IMG/VR virus record: IMGVR_UViG_3300027836_000001
Source of the DNA: a virus
Reading direction: 5' to 3' (one strand)
DNA length: 31,956 bases
A program made the position numbers and the translations under genes. A model generated the notes under the pieces. It worked only from the letters and a program-made list of their open reading frames with translations. It had not been told where the DNA came from and ran no database searches. Shown here in pieces: positions 18,296 to 26,694 of this stretch. Position 1 is the stretch's first letter, and the number at the start of each line of letters is the position of its first letter.

Positions 18296-21200
18296 GGTCT
18301 TTAAAGCCGTTGGTAATGTCGTAAGTGGCGTTGTCAAAGCCGTTGGCAGTGTTGTCACAGGCGTAGTCAACGCAGTCAGTAGCGTTGTTAGTGGAGTTAT
18401 CAACTTTGTTGTAAGTCCATTCCTTGGCTTGTTTGGCTTGGGTACTCCTAGTATGCCTGATGAAGCCACACCCGAAGGCTTAAAAGGTGTAATGGTTCAA
18501 CGCAGTGGTAGTGATGTTACCATTCCAGTTGTTTATGGTTATAGAAAGATTGCTGGCACAGTTGTTTACGCTGAAACAGGAAGTGACAACAACAAATACC
18601 TATGGGTTGCTTATGCTATGAGTGAAGGCCCAGTAGAAGGCCTGTTTGAAGTTTGGCTAGACAACACACAATTACCTAGTACACTGATCCCAGCACTGAA
18701 CCGCGGCGAGCGTGTAACTATTGCTGGTAAAGATGCCAGCGGCAACAACTGTAAATTCAATACACTAACCCAATTACAATTTTGGGCAGGACAATACCGC
18801 AACAATCCAGCAGACACACTAGTTGGTAGCAGTATTAAGGCAGGCATCTTTAGTGGTGCTCCTAGTTTTACCAACACCATGAACTTTAACGGCTGTGCTA
18901 CTATATTCGCACGTTACGAATGGCCTACTGATACAACTAACAATCCATTTGGTGGATCAATTCCAAAGTTAGAAGTTTGTATGTTAGGTCGCCAAGTTGC
19001 TCCTTTGACTACTGGTAGCCAACAAAATTATAATTATGGCCAATTTTCATCTGGCTACGATGAAGTTTATAGCACTAACCCAGCAGAAATTATACTTGAC
19101 TATTTGCGTAATCCATTTTACGGCAAAGGCTTGACCAACAACGACATTGATTGGGCCAGTTTCAAAATAGCGGCTAACAAATATAAACAAGAAGTTACAT
19201 TTATTACAGGAGCAACTGGTCCTATACTAAGACTAGATTATGTTGTTAATACTGGCAGCACAATCTTCAACAACTGTAAAGAAATGCTCAGCAACTGCCG
19301 AAGTTACTTGCCTTATACCAATGGCAAATATAAACTTATTGTGGAAGATGCTGGCAATCCAACTGACATTACCAGCGGATCAGCACCTATTGCCGCAACC
19401 TTTAACAAAGATAATATTATTGGCGAAATTACCTACACAGGTATTGATCGCGCCAGCAAATACAATTCAGTGAATATAAATTTTGTGGATCCCGGTAACC
19501 AGTGGAGCGCACAACCTGTAACTTACCCAGAAACATTTGCGGCTAGACAAGCATTTATTGACGATGATGGCGGCCGTGAATACACTGGAGACTTTACATT
19601 CTCTGGCATAACTAACCCCGGTATTGCTCAGGACATGGCTCGTTTAATCCTAATGAAGAGCCGTTACCAAGATTCAATTAGTCTTACAGTAACAAGCCAA
19701 GCATTTGAACTTGAGCCCGGTGATAACATTTACATTGATGCTAACATTCTTAAGTTTGGCACTGATCCAGAATTAAATGCTATCCCATGGCGCATTATTT
19801 CAATCAAGTTAAACAACAATTATACATTCAGTCTTGGTTGTGTACGTAATCCAGACTTTATCTATCCGCATGTGCGTCAAGGCGAGATTGATTACAAATA
19901 CGCATTGTACATTCCAAAAGGTGCGACTCGTTACTATCCAGCAGAGCCAATTGGTATTCCTGTTGGCTATAACCCACCAACTTACGCACCAATTACAGAC
20001 AACGATCCAAACAATCCTCCTCCAAGCACAGGTACAGGCACACTTGTGGATGTGGCTGAATTATACAGCACACAGGCTGTGGTTAAAACTGGACAAGCAT
20101 ATATCCAAAGTACTTTTAACCAACCCAACAACAGCAGTTATGCCAGTACTATTATCCGCTTCAAGCAAAATATTACCAGTGTAACAACTTGGAGCCAATT
20201 AGAAATTACAAACAAGCCGGGAGCGAATCAACCCACCACGTTTGAATTAGGGCCGCTAGTTAACAATACTCAATACTTGGTAACTACACAAGTCAAGTAT
20301 AGCACAGGCGATTTGAGTACTAAAGTTACTCCTTACGTGGTCAATGTGGCAGTACAACTATCGCCAACTACAACTCCTGGCACAGGCGGAGGAACTGTTA
20401 CACTTCCTACTACTCCTGTTATTCCAACAAATACAGGATCAAATTACTTTGGTTATGTATGGAGTCAAACGGTTACTAGCAGTTCATTACCACTAAGCAC
20501 AAGACAAGTTAGTTTTGTACTTAGACAAGACATGAGTGCTGGTGAAAACTCATTCCTAAATGGCGTCGAAATATTTTACAAGCCAAGTTTAAATCCTAAA
20601 TGGAATCGTAGTACTGTAACTCTTATTACTCGTCAAGGCAGCGACATTGCCTTTACATTAAGTTTAGGTAGCCGTTTATATCCTTTAGTTCCTGGTAGTG
20701 GCGGTACTCCTGCTGAAGCAGACAACTATGACTTTATCTTCCGCTTTACTTACAGCGATAATACCACAAGCCAATACCAATATCACGTAACTGGATGTAG
20801 CATTGAGTACTCAAGTGGTTATAGTTTTAATCCATTAACTACTGGATCACTAATTGCTGGTGGTAAACAATTAACCAAAGATTATGTTCCTATTGTAGTA
20901 GACCTAAGTACTGTCACTGACACACGAGGCTTATCGTTAGGTATCAAATCAATCAGCAATGCTATTGCCGCTGGCACACAAGCAATTTACTTTGCTATCA
21001 ATCCACCAAGCACCGCTGACTTTGTCAACTGGAAAGGTGTGCGCCTGTACTGGCACCAAGTTGGTACTGCTAATACTTGGTCTAGTGTTGACTTTGTTCC
21101 AGTTAGCCAAGATGTTTATGGCTTTTACGTTGGCTTAAACATTTACTACAACGTGACATTTGAATACGTGCTAGTTCCATTAGTTGAATACGGTGGAACT

Positions 21201-23177
21201 GCTGAAGCCAGCCAAGCAAGATATATCAGCGGTACAATTAACAATACTTCCGGTTATGGCGATTGGGCTCCTTACATGTACGTAGGTGGATTAGAAAGTG
21301 TTGTGGATGCCAAAGCACGTATTGGTACAGCAGTTGCTAGCCCTCCGGTTAAAACAACCAAGTTTGATAGTGCTGATGCTGAAACAATGACTACTGGTGG
21401 ATTTCCATACCCAAATAGACAAGTTTCATTTAGCCTAAAACAATTAGTCGAGTCTAGTCCTAACCCTGCGATTGCTGGTGTTAAGATTTATTACAAACCA
21501 AGTTCAAGTGTGTACTACAATGAAGTAAAGTATCCACTGCCAGTAGGCTACACTGAAGGTAATGTGCTTAACTTTAACAGCACACAAACAACTCCAGCAA
21601 TGAACTTGGGTGCTAGAAACTATCCAGCAAGTTTACCTGCTACTGATGCGTACCAAACTTATGATTTTATCTTCCGTTGGTATTATAGTAACGGAGAAGA
21701 TGGCAATTTTGAATTAAACTTCACAGGGCCCGGTAGACGCAGTTGTGCTATCGAACGCAGCCAAGGTCAATATGCTTTCCATATCCTAGGTGCTACTGGC
21801 ACAACTTATGGAACCAACTGGACAAACGCAAGTAGCATTAACACAGCCAAGACTGCCATTACTGCTACAACAGTTGTTAACCAACCGCCTAACACAGTCA
21901 CTGACATGTTAACATTGACTGATACATTGACTGCTTATACTTTTTATCCGTCTTACGATGGTACTAACACTATGGAGTTTTATACTAGTGCTCCAAGTGC
22001 TACTATGAGTGCGTACTTCAAAGGATTCAAAGTTTACTACAGAGAAATTGTACTAGGATCTAATACTGCTTATATCACCACTGGTGATACCACAACCTAT
22101 ACTGAAGATGCTTTAGTTGTAAATGGCACAGTTAAAACAGACGGTATTGGTACTAAAATTAAAAACGTCAAGTGGGATGTAGAATACGAATTTGCCATTA
22201 TACCACAAGTACAAAATGGTCTTAATGTTGTAAATGCCACTCAGTGTTTTTACATACGTGGTAAGTTCCATAATCGCAACACTGAAACAAGTGGTACTAA
22301 TCCTTGGCCAAACATTTATGGCAATTGGTTAACCAAATACAGAGCCAACAAAGTTACTACGGATAGTGCTATGGGTGTGCTAAGTTCTAGCCCAGCGGCA
22401 TTGACAAGTCCGCCAGCACCAGGCGAAATTACGGCGCTGTTGTTAAAACCAACTACCGCATTAACCAAACACTGGAAATTACAGTTTATGTTGCCATTAG
22501 CCAGTGGTACAAGTTTTAACCTGTATCGCAGAAGCGTTTGTTTACCTGCTGCCGGAGCATTAGGCTATGATGAACTAAGCCTGTGGGGTTATGGCCGTTG
22601 GGAGAAACTAGAAGCCGTTGTTAATACTGATTATAAAATATCCACAGCAGGACAAGTTACCATGTATGTGCGTCCAGCATTGAGTGGTTTATATGAGTTT
22701 AACAAGTGGTTCTATCCAAATAGTGATATCAGTTCAGTTAACAGATTGTATGAAAATCCTCCGGGCAATACAGAACCAACTTACTTTAAACTAGTAGGTG
22801 ACGCTGGAACTCCAACTACCAGTATACCGGGTAAAGAAGTTACACAAATTATGATTGTGTTTACTTACTTTAATGGAACTAGTACTGTTGAATCTAACAG
22901 AGCCGCGCTGTTTACCTTACAAGAAAGTGGAACTACTGTTAGATACAGCACTAACATTGATTTTACAACTGCTACTTACAACAATAGCAATAATGATACC
23001 AGCATCAGTCCATTACCAAATGGCATAGATGAGTCCAGTACTGCTAATGGTATCAATGCTATGAAGCGTACTGTTATAGAAGCAAGAACAAGACCTGCGG
23101 ATTCATATATTAAAACAGGTGCGGACAATACAGGTACATACACAGCACCAGTAGTAACTGGCGCAGTTGTTAGATAA
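18288..23177 (+). CDS. Host-specificity / central tail fibre protein (lambda gpJ / GTA g15-like).
   Basis: 1629 aa, following the M/L/K-slot genes. GTVVYAETGSDNNKYLWVAYAMSEGPVEGLFEVWLDNTQL is typical of the J-like N-terminal domain. Downstream are repeated Ig/FN3-like segments (…VSF.L.Q.......G V.I.YKPS… occurs twice). Confidence 0.85.
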   Translation: MSKVFKAVGNVVSGVVKAVGSVVTGVVNAVSSVVSGVINFVVSPFLGLFGLGTPSMPDEATPEGLKGVMVQRSGSDVTIPVVYGYRKIAGTVVYAETGSDNNKYLWVAYAMSEGPVEGLFEVWLDNTQLPSTLIPALNRGERVTIAGKDASGNNCKFNTLTQLQFWAGQYRNNPADTLVGSSIKAGIFSGAPSFTNTMNFNGCATIFARYEWPTDTTNNPFGGSIPKLEVCMLGRQVAPLTTGSQQNYNYGQFSSGYDEVYSTNPAEIILDYLRNPFYGKGLTNNDIDWASFKIAANKYKQEVTFITGATGPILRLDYVVNTGSTIFNNCKEMLSNCRSYLPYTNGKYKLIVEDAGNPTDITSGSAPIAATFNKDNIIGEITYTGIDRASKYNSVNINFVDPGNQWSAQPVTYPETFAARQAFIDDDGGREYTGDFTFSGITNPGIAQDMARLILMKSRYQDSISLTVTSQAFELEPGDNIYIDANILKFGTDPELNAIPWRIISIKLNNNYTFSLGCVRNPDFIYPHVRQGEIDYKYALYIPKGATRYYPAEPIGIPVGYNPPTYAPITDNDPNNPPPSTGTGTLVDVAELYSTQAVVKTGQAYIQSTFNQPNNSSYASTIIRFKQNITSVTTWSQLEITNKPGANQPTTFELGPLVNNTQYLVTTQVKYSTGDLSTKVTPYVVNVAVQLSPTTTPGTGGGTVTLPTTPVIPTNTGSNYFGYVWSQTVTSSSLPLSTRQVSFVLRQDMSAGENSFLNGVEIFYKPSLNPKWNRSTVTLITRQGSDIAFTLSLGSRLYPLVPGSGGTPAEADNYDFIFRFTYSDNTTSQYQYHVTGCSIEYSSGYSFNPLTTGSLIAGGKQLTKDYVPIVVDLSTVTDTRGLSLGIKSISNAIAAGTQAIYFAINPPSTADFVNWKGVRLYWHQVGTANTWSSVDFVPVSQDVYGFYVGLNIYYNVTFEYVLVPLVEYGGTAEASQARYISGTINNTSGYGDWAPYMYVGGLESVVDAKARIGTAVASPPVKTTKFDSADAETMTTGGFPYPNRQVSFSLKQLVESSPNPAIAGVKIYYKPSSSVYYNEVKYPLPVGYTEGNVLNFNSTQTTPAMNLGARNYPASLPATDAYQTYDFIFRWYYSNGEDGNFELNFTGPGRRSCAIERSQGQYAFHILGATGTTYGTNWTNASSINTAKTAITATTVVNQPPNTVTDMLTLTDTLTAYTFYPSYDGTNTMEFYTSAPSATMSAYFKGFKVYYREIVLGSNTAYITTGDTTTYTEDALVVNGTVKTDGIGTKIKNVKWDVEYEFAIIPQVQNGLNVVNATQCFYIRGKFHNRNTETSGTNPWPNIYGNWLTKYRANKVTTDSAMGVLSSSPAALTSPPAPGEITALLLKPTTALTKHWKLQFMLPLASGTSFNLYRRSVCLPAAGALGYDELSLWGYGRWEKLEAVVNTDYKISTAGQVTMYVRPALSGLYEFNKWFYPNSDISSVNRLYENPPGNTEPTYFKLVGDAGTPTTSIPGKEVTQIMIVFTYFNGTSTVESNRAALFTLQESGTTVRYSTNIDFTTATYNNSNNDTSISPLPNGIDESSTANGINAMKRTVIEARTRPADSYIKTGADNTGTYTAPVVTGAVVR

Positions 23178-23186
23178 GGACGAGTC

Positions 23187-23918
23187 ATGGCATTTACAGC
23201 AGAAAATTATAGAACGCAATATACCACTGGACAGATATATCCTACTGGTACAACCACTTGGACTAGCAACAGCACTTGGGGTAATTGGACAACTTGGAAT
23301 AGCGAGTACAGCGAACAAATTGTAACTTACTTTGTGTCAGGCTCTATGAGTCCGACTCCAATTAATTTTACACTACGCATCAACACCGCGGCCAACTGTC
23401 CAATAACTTATGAAGTCTATACAACTAGCACAGGTGCGTTTGCTGGAGAGGAAGTTAAAACAACTATTGCTCCTAATGCTATTAACGTATCAGCATTTTA
23501 TGGTACGCACTTTAGAGTTGCTGTGATTGCCAATGCCAGCACAGGTATTCCAATTATTGACAGCATACAATTTGAATACACCAGCGCAGGCGAAAAAGAA
23601 TTATCGTTCAGCCAAATTAGTACATCAACACTATCAGGTACATCAAGTGCTAGAACATTGCTATTGAATACCAACATTGGCGGTATTAGCGATGTACAAA
23701 TACAGCCATTCGAAACAACGGCTTATAACTTAGATGTATATGTAACAAATACTCCAACAAGTACTTACTTGTTACCAAAAGTAATAAGTTCTACTAGTAC
23801 ATCATTAACATTTGCCTTGGTAGGAGTAGACAACCATCCAAGGGACGGTGTTGTAGATATTAATTTAAAATGCTTGCCACTTCAATATATGAGTGGAAAC
23901 AATCTAGTATCTAACTAA
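23187..23918 (+). CDS. Tail-tip associated hypothetical protein (243 aa).
   Basis: Has an SD (AAGGA), follows the J-like gene, and is S/T/N rich like beta-sandwich structural proteins. Confidence 0.5.
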   Translation: MAFTAENYRTQYTTGQIYPTGTTTWTSNSTWGNWTTWNSEYSEQIVTYFVSGSMSPTPINFTLRINTAANCPITYEVYTTSTGAFAGEEVKTTIAPNAINVSAFYGTHFRVAVIANASTGIPIIDSIQFEYTSAGEKELSFSQISTSTLSGTSSARTLLLNTNIGGISDVQIQPFETTAYNLDVYVTNTPTSTYLLPKVISSTSTSLTFALVGVDNHPRDGVVDINLKCLPLQYMSGNNLVSN

Positions 23919-23944
23919 CCCAATAAATAACTTGAGAGACAATT

Positions 23945-24370
23945 ATGACATTTCCAACAACACCAATTGACACAGTTAACTTAAACAGCGACAGCGATGA
24001 TCCTAGTTTGGCTCGTGTTGATTTATTACAAGCCGTTGAAACACTCAACACCATTATGGAAGAAGCAGGTACTGCTTATGGAGTCGCACTACTGACCAGC
24101 GCAGGTACAATTCCGCAAAGCCAAGTACCCGCAACAATTATCCCTAATGAAAACTTAGTGCTAGCACCAAGTACAGGTATGATTGTTGTCAATGGCAAAC
24201 TACGTTTACAAACTGTAGACAAAGGCACACTAGTACAGCAAACAAGTGGAGTTGCTGGCGATATTGCTTTATGTTCAAACGCAGACAGCGCACCAGTGCT
24301 TTGTATATTTGATGGAACTAATTGGAAGTACCTTCCTTTAGCAAGTTTAACAACAGTGGTAGGCACCTAA
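23945..24370 (+). CDS. Tail-tip or fibre associated hypothetical protein (141 aa).
   Basis: Last ORF of the long structural operon, followed by a large terminator hairpin. Confidence 0.5.
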   Translation: MTFPTTPIDTVNLNSDSDDPSLARVDLLQAVETLNTIMEEAGTAYGVALLTSAGTIPQSQVPATIIPNENLVLAPSTGMIVVNGKLRLQTVDKGTLVQQTSGVAGDIALCSNADSAPVLCIFDGTNWKYLPLASLTTVVGT

Positions 24371-24394
24371 AACCTCATATTCAAAAAAACAACA

Positions 24395-24445
24395 AAAAAT
24401 CCTCAATGATTACGCCATGTTACAGCGTAAGATTTGGGGATTTTT
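24395..24445 (+). terminator. Large A-tract/U-tract hairpin, a likely (possibly bidirectional) terminator ending the structural operon.
   Basis: The outer 12-bp stem is aaaaatcctcaa / ttggggattttt with one G-U pair. The inner 6-bp stem is ttacgc / gcgtaa, with a 9-nt loop. Confidence 0.6.
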
Positions 24446-24451
24446 ACATTT

Positions 24452-24480
24452 ATAGACAACATTGTACATAGACATGTCTA
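24452..24480. promoter_or_regulatory. Candidate operator: a perfect 12-bp palindrome TAGACATGTCTA plus an extra TAGACA half-site.
   Basis: The palindrome is at 24469-24480 and the direct half-site is at 24453-24458. Both lie between the structural terminator and the first non-structural gene. Confidence 0.4.
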
Positions 24481-24523
24481 GCCACAATTAACTTGGCATT
24501 TAAGACTCATATTTAAATATGGT

Positions 24524-25036
24524 ATGGACAAAAACGAATTCAGAGCACGTCTTGAGCAAGTAGCCGAACTCAAAGACATTAAGCCCGCAAGGACAGCCAA
24601 TTACAGACCCGCGATTGAATACATTACAGAAGTAGACGAAGACGGGGAAGAATATCAAGTACCTGTCCAAATTACTGAAAATAAAACTTTGGGTTTTGAA
24701 TTGGTTCGACTCAAAGACAAACACTCAATATGCGAACTGGGTTGCGGTGAAGTAGTAGCCAATCAAATAATCGAACGCAGACTAGCAACAACTCCAAAAA
24801 AGCATTGGCGTACTCGTTGTAAGAACTGCGACCGTTATGTGGGCCCAGATGGGGAAAGTTTTATCAAAGGAAGCCATGCTGTTCAATTGGTGTTTCTCAA
24901 ACACTTTAACCAAGAGTTGGGTCGTTCAAAGCCAAGAAAATGTATTGAAACACCAGAAGGGCCAGCAAGAGTAACTGAAACTGATGACTACACAGAAACC
25001 ACCACAAATGACAGCGTTATTCGCAGATACAAATAA
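24524..25036 (+). CDS. Hypothetical protein (170 aa) with a putative zinc ribbon.
   Basis: The cysteine pairs CELGC and CKNC are about 40 residues apart. This is the first gene of the non-structural module. It has no clear SD. Confidence 0.55.
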   Translation: MDKNEFRARLEQVAELKDIKPARTANYRPAIEYITEVDEDGEEYQVPVQITENKTLGFELVRLKDKHSICELGCGEVVANQIIERRLATTPKKHWRTRCKNCDRYVGPDGESFIKGSHAVQLVFLKHFNQELGRSKPRKCIETPEGPARVTETDDYTETTTNDSVIRRYK

Positions 25037-25042
25037 ATAAAA

Positions 25043-25148
25043 GTGTTAGGGAAGGAAGGCATTTCTCCTCGAAATGAGTCTAGCATCAGTTAGACACCCT
25101 CAATCCTACTGCCATTGGATTATCCTTTGAATACACCTTCCCTAACAC
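25043..25148 (+). ncRNA. Candidate structured RNA or inverted-repeat element with a cloverleaf-like four-way junction.
   Basis: A 13-bp perfect closing stem (GTGTTAGGGAAGG 25043-25055 / CCTTCCCTAACAC 25136-25148) encloses three hairpins at 25060-25076, 25078-25095 and 25102-25121. A terminator follows immediately. Confidence 0.4.
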
Positions 25149-25154
25149 CTTACC

Positions 25155-25179
25155 AAACCGCTTTACAAGCGGTTTTTTT
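25155..25179 (+). terminator. Rho-independent terminator.
   Basis: Stem aaaccgc / gcggttt with a 7-nt loop, running into a T7 tract. Confidence 0.75.
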
Positions 25180-25190
25180 GTCTGTATAAT
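25162..25190 (+). promoter_or_regulatory. Sigma70-like promoter TTTACA-N17-TATAAT overlapping the terminator hairpin.
   Basis: The -35 is at 25162-25167 in the terminator loop, the spacer is 17 nt, and the -10 is at 25185-25190. This is 21 nt upstream of the 25211 start codon. Confidence 0.55.
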
Positions 25191-25210
25191 AAATACGTAT
25201 AGAGATAACA

Positions 25211-25648
25211 ATGGCAGAACAATCCTTATCCATCACTGAAAAATATCAGTACACTAACATGTGGTGTAAAAGCATGGGTATGAAGTCTAAAGACTTAGGA
25301 TGTGGCATTAAACAAAATGCTGATGGTTCATTTACTGATAACCAATTAGCGCATCCACAAATTGATGATGTCATTCTCTTAATTAAATTTCATCAGGCAA
25401 ATTGGCATTATATGACTAGAAGTGAACGCGGTGTTTGGGCGGCTTATTGGTCATGGTGCTATCATAATCAAACAGCAATTAAGGCCAAGTGGTTCAAAAA
25501 ACTTGAACACATTACAGAATCAGTTATAATTAGACAACAGGCATTAGAAGAAAAACGTAAGGCTATTCAGCGAAAGCGCAACGAAAATAGGGGTGTTCAT
25601 ATGACGGCTAATCCGCCCCTCGCTACAAGTTCTCTTATTGGGACTTGA
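25211..25648 (+). CDS. Hypothetical protein (145 aa), Trp-rich with a basic helical C-terminal half.
   Basis: An ORF with a promoter directly upstream. No motif was recognised. Confidence 0.55.
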   Translation: MAEQSLSITEKYQYTNMWCKSMGMKSKDLGCGIKQNADGSFTDNQLAHPQIDDVILLIKFHQANWHYMTRSERGVWAAYWSWCYHNQTAIKAKWFKKLEHITESVIIRQQALEEKRKAIQRKRNENRGVHMTANPPLATSSLIGT

Positions 25649-26003
25649 TTACTAGCGGTGCCCACGACAGGTAGCAATACCTAGCAGTTTTACATAAGCA
25701 AACATCTGCGAAGTCTCAATAAGTCCTCCCCGAAAGGGACGATTTCTAAGCGATTAGGAAAGTAAACGAGGAGATGGTTAATGGAGTTGTCCATATTTTT
25801 TTTATGGTCTGACTCTATTAGCCGTCCTCTTGACTTCTTTCTCTGATCTCTTAGTAATTGTTCTTTATCAAATACTTTTGTATTTTTTAAGTTCAAGTAT
25901 ATAATTTAATATCAAGTGAACGAAGTGAAGTTGATATTTTATATATTGAACAAGACAAGCAAACGAAGTGCTTGGCTTTTTAATATAAACCACAAAGGAA
26001 TAT
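25649..26003 (+). other. 355-bp non-coding region, AT-rich on its 3' side, containing several hairpins and repeats.
   Basis: There is no credible ORF on either strand. GNRA-capped hairpins lie at about 25728-25740 (C-GAAA-G) and 25744-25762 (GCGA loop). A weak hairpin plus T8 lies at 25782-25804, and a TATAAT at 25900-25905. Confidence 0.6.
25908..25981 (+). promoter_or_regulatory. Two hairpins whose loops carry the same 9-mer AACGAAGTG. This is a candidate leader/attenuator or protein-binding repeat.
   Basis: Hairpin 1 has an 8-bp stem aatatcaa / ttgatatt (25908-25938). Hairpin 2 has a 6-bp stem caagca / tgcttg (25956-25974) followed by gcttttt. The 9-mer occurs at 25919-25927 and 25962-25970. 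Confidence 0.4.
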
Positions 26004-26267
26004 ATGATTGATAATTTAGTATACCTCTTAGAAATAACTGATTTAGATCACATCGATTTAAATGATAGTCAGTTATGTAAAGTAGGAATTCATTTAATAA
26101 ATCACCTAAGAGATAACCACGAAGTTCCTGGTAGGGTTTATAATCAAATATTAGGTATTTGTCAGTGGTATAAAGAACATCATACTCTAACAGATAAACA
26201 AAGAACTTGGATGACTTATAATCTTAAAGAATATATCAGCCAACGAGACTTTATGTATGAAGTATGA
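26004..26267 (+). CDS. Hypothetical protein (87 aa).
   Basis: An ORF with AAAGGA 4 nt upstream of the ATG. Confidence 0.55.
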   Translation: MIDNLVYLLEITDLDHIDLNDSQLCKVGIHLINHLRDNHEVPGRVYNQILGICQWYKEHHTLTDKQRTWMTYNLKEYISQRDFMYEV

Positions 26268-26451
26268 GTACATTCGTATTGATACCATGATGTTAATACA
26301 AGAACGCAATGATGTCTTTGCTTGGTTACATCAACAACCAGATGCCGAATACAGACAGGACTATTGTTGCTTTTTTATTCCACGAGGATCAAAGACACAT
26401 ACGTGGCTAGCACTTAATCATCCAGACTTGTTTACTAATAATCCTCATTAG
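26257..26451 (+). CDS. Hypothetical protein (64 aa).
   Basis: An ORF overlapping the previous gene by 11 nt. Confidence 0.45.
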   Translation: MKYEYIRIDTMMLIQERNDVFAWLHQQPDAEYRQDYCCFFIPRGSKTHTWLALNHPDLFTNNPH

Positions 26452-26478
26452 CGTATACTTGTGTTTTAAGGACACAAC

Positions 26479-26568
26479 ATGACACAAGTAATACAAATGA
26501 TCAACAGACTTTTCCAACGCAGAGATCAAGAAAAGATCCGAGCCATGTTGAGTAATTTAAATACTTGA
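26479..26568 (+). CDS. 29-aa micro-ORF (MTQVIQMINRLFQRRDQEKIRAMLSNLNT).
   Basis: AAGGA lies 6 nt upstream of the ATG. The ORF is below the length cutoff of the ORF track. Confidence 0.35.
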   Translation: MTQVIQMINRLFQRRDQEKIRAMLSNLNT

Positions 26569-26595
26569 TGCCAACCAAGTCCAAGGAATAATTTT

Positions 26596-26694
26596 ATGGA
26601 TATGTTAACTGAATACCTACTAGAGTATGCTCGTAAAAATCAATTACGACTATTGGCATTATGGATGGATTCCGACGACGAAGATGAAGATTAA
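26596..26694 (+). CDS. 32-aa micro-ORF with an acidic tail (…WMDSDDEDED).
   Basis: AAGGA lies 8 nt upstream of the ATG. The stop overlaps the likely endonuclease VII start. Confidence 0.4.
   Translation: MDMLTEYLLEYARKNQLRLLALWMDSDDEDED

Noticed and set aside
781-20184. Alternative-frame + strand ORFs inside larger genes: 781-1113, 2483-2734, 2879-3076, 7441-7659, 17224-17478, 19240-19473 and 19834-20184.
   Set aside because: They are fully embedded out of frame in longer, motif-supported genes, and nothing suggests overprinting.
660-23318. Numerous minus-strand ORFs nested in large + strand genes, for example 3324-3671, 6782-7258, 10559-10849, 13870-14367, 14374-14739, 14851-15354 and 30710-31138.
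   Set aside because: Each lies fully inside a well-supported + strand gene. Their translations are low-complexity (A/V/L/S rich), typical of antisense frames of A/G/T-rich structural genes, and they have no RBS evidence.
24700-24716. A GGTTCGA string resembling a tRNA T-loop, and more generally a search for tRNA genes in the intergenic gaps.
   Set aside because: It lies inside the CDS 24524-25036 with no flanking T-stem or acceptor complementarity. The cloverleaf-like element at 25043-25148 lacks T-loop and D-loop signatures and has a 13-bp closing stem, so it is not a tRNA.
25690-25896. Minus-strand 68-aa ORF in the large intergenic region. It would be the only antisense gene and a possible divergent repressor.
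   Set aside because: It has a TTG start and no SD. Its K/R-rich composition is what AT-rich non-coding DNA would give. Every other gene is on the + strand. It is kept only as a remote possibility.
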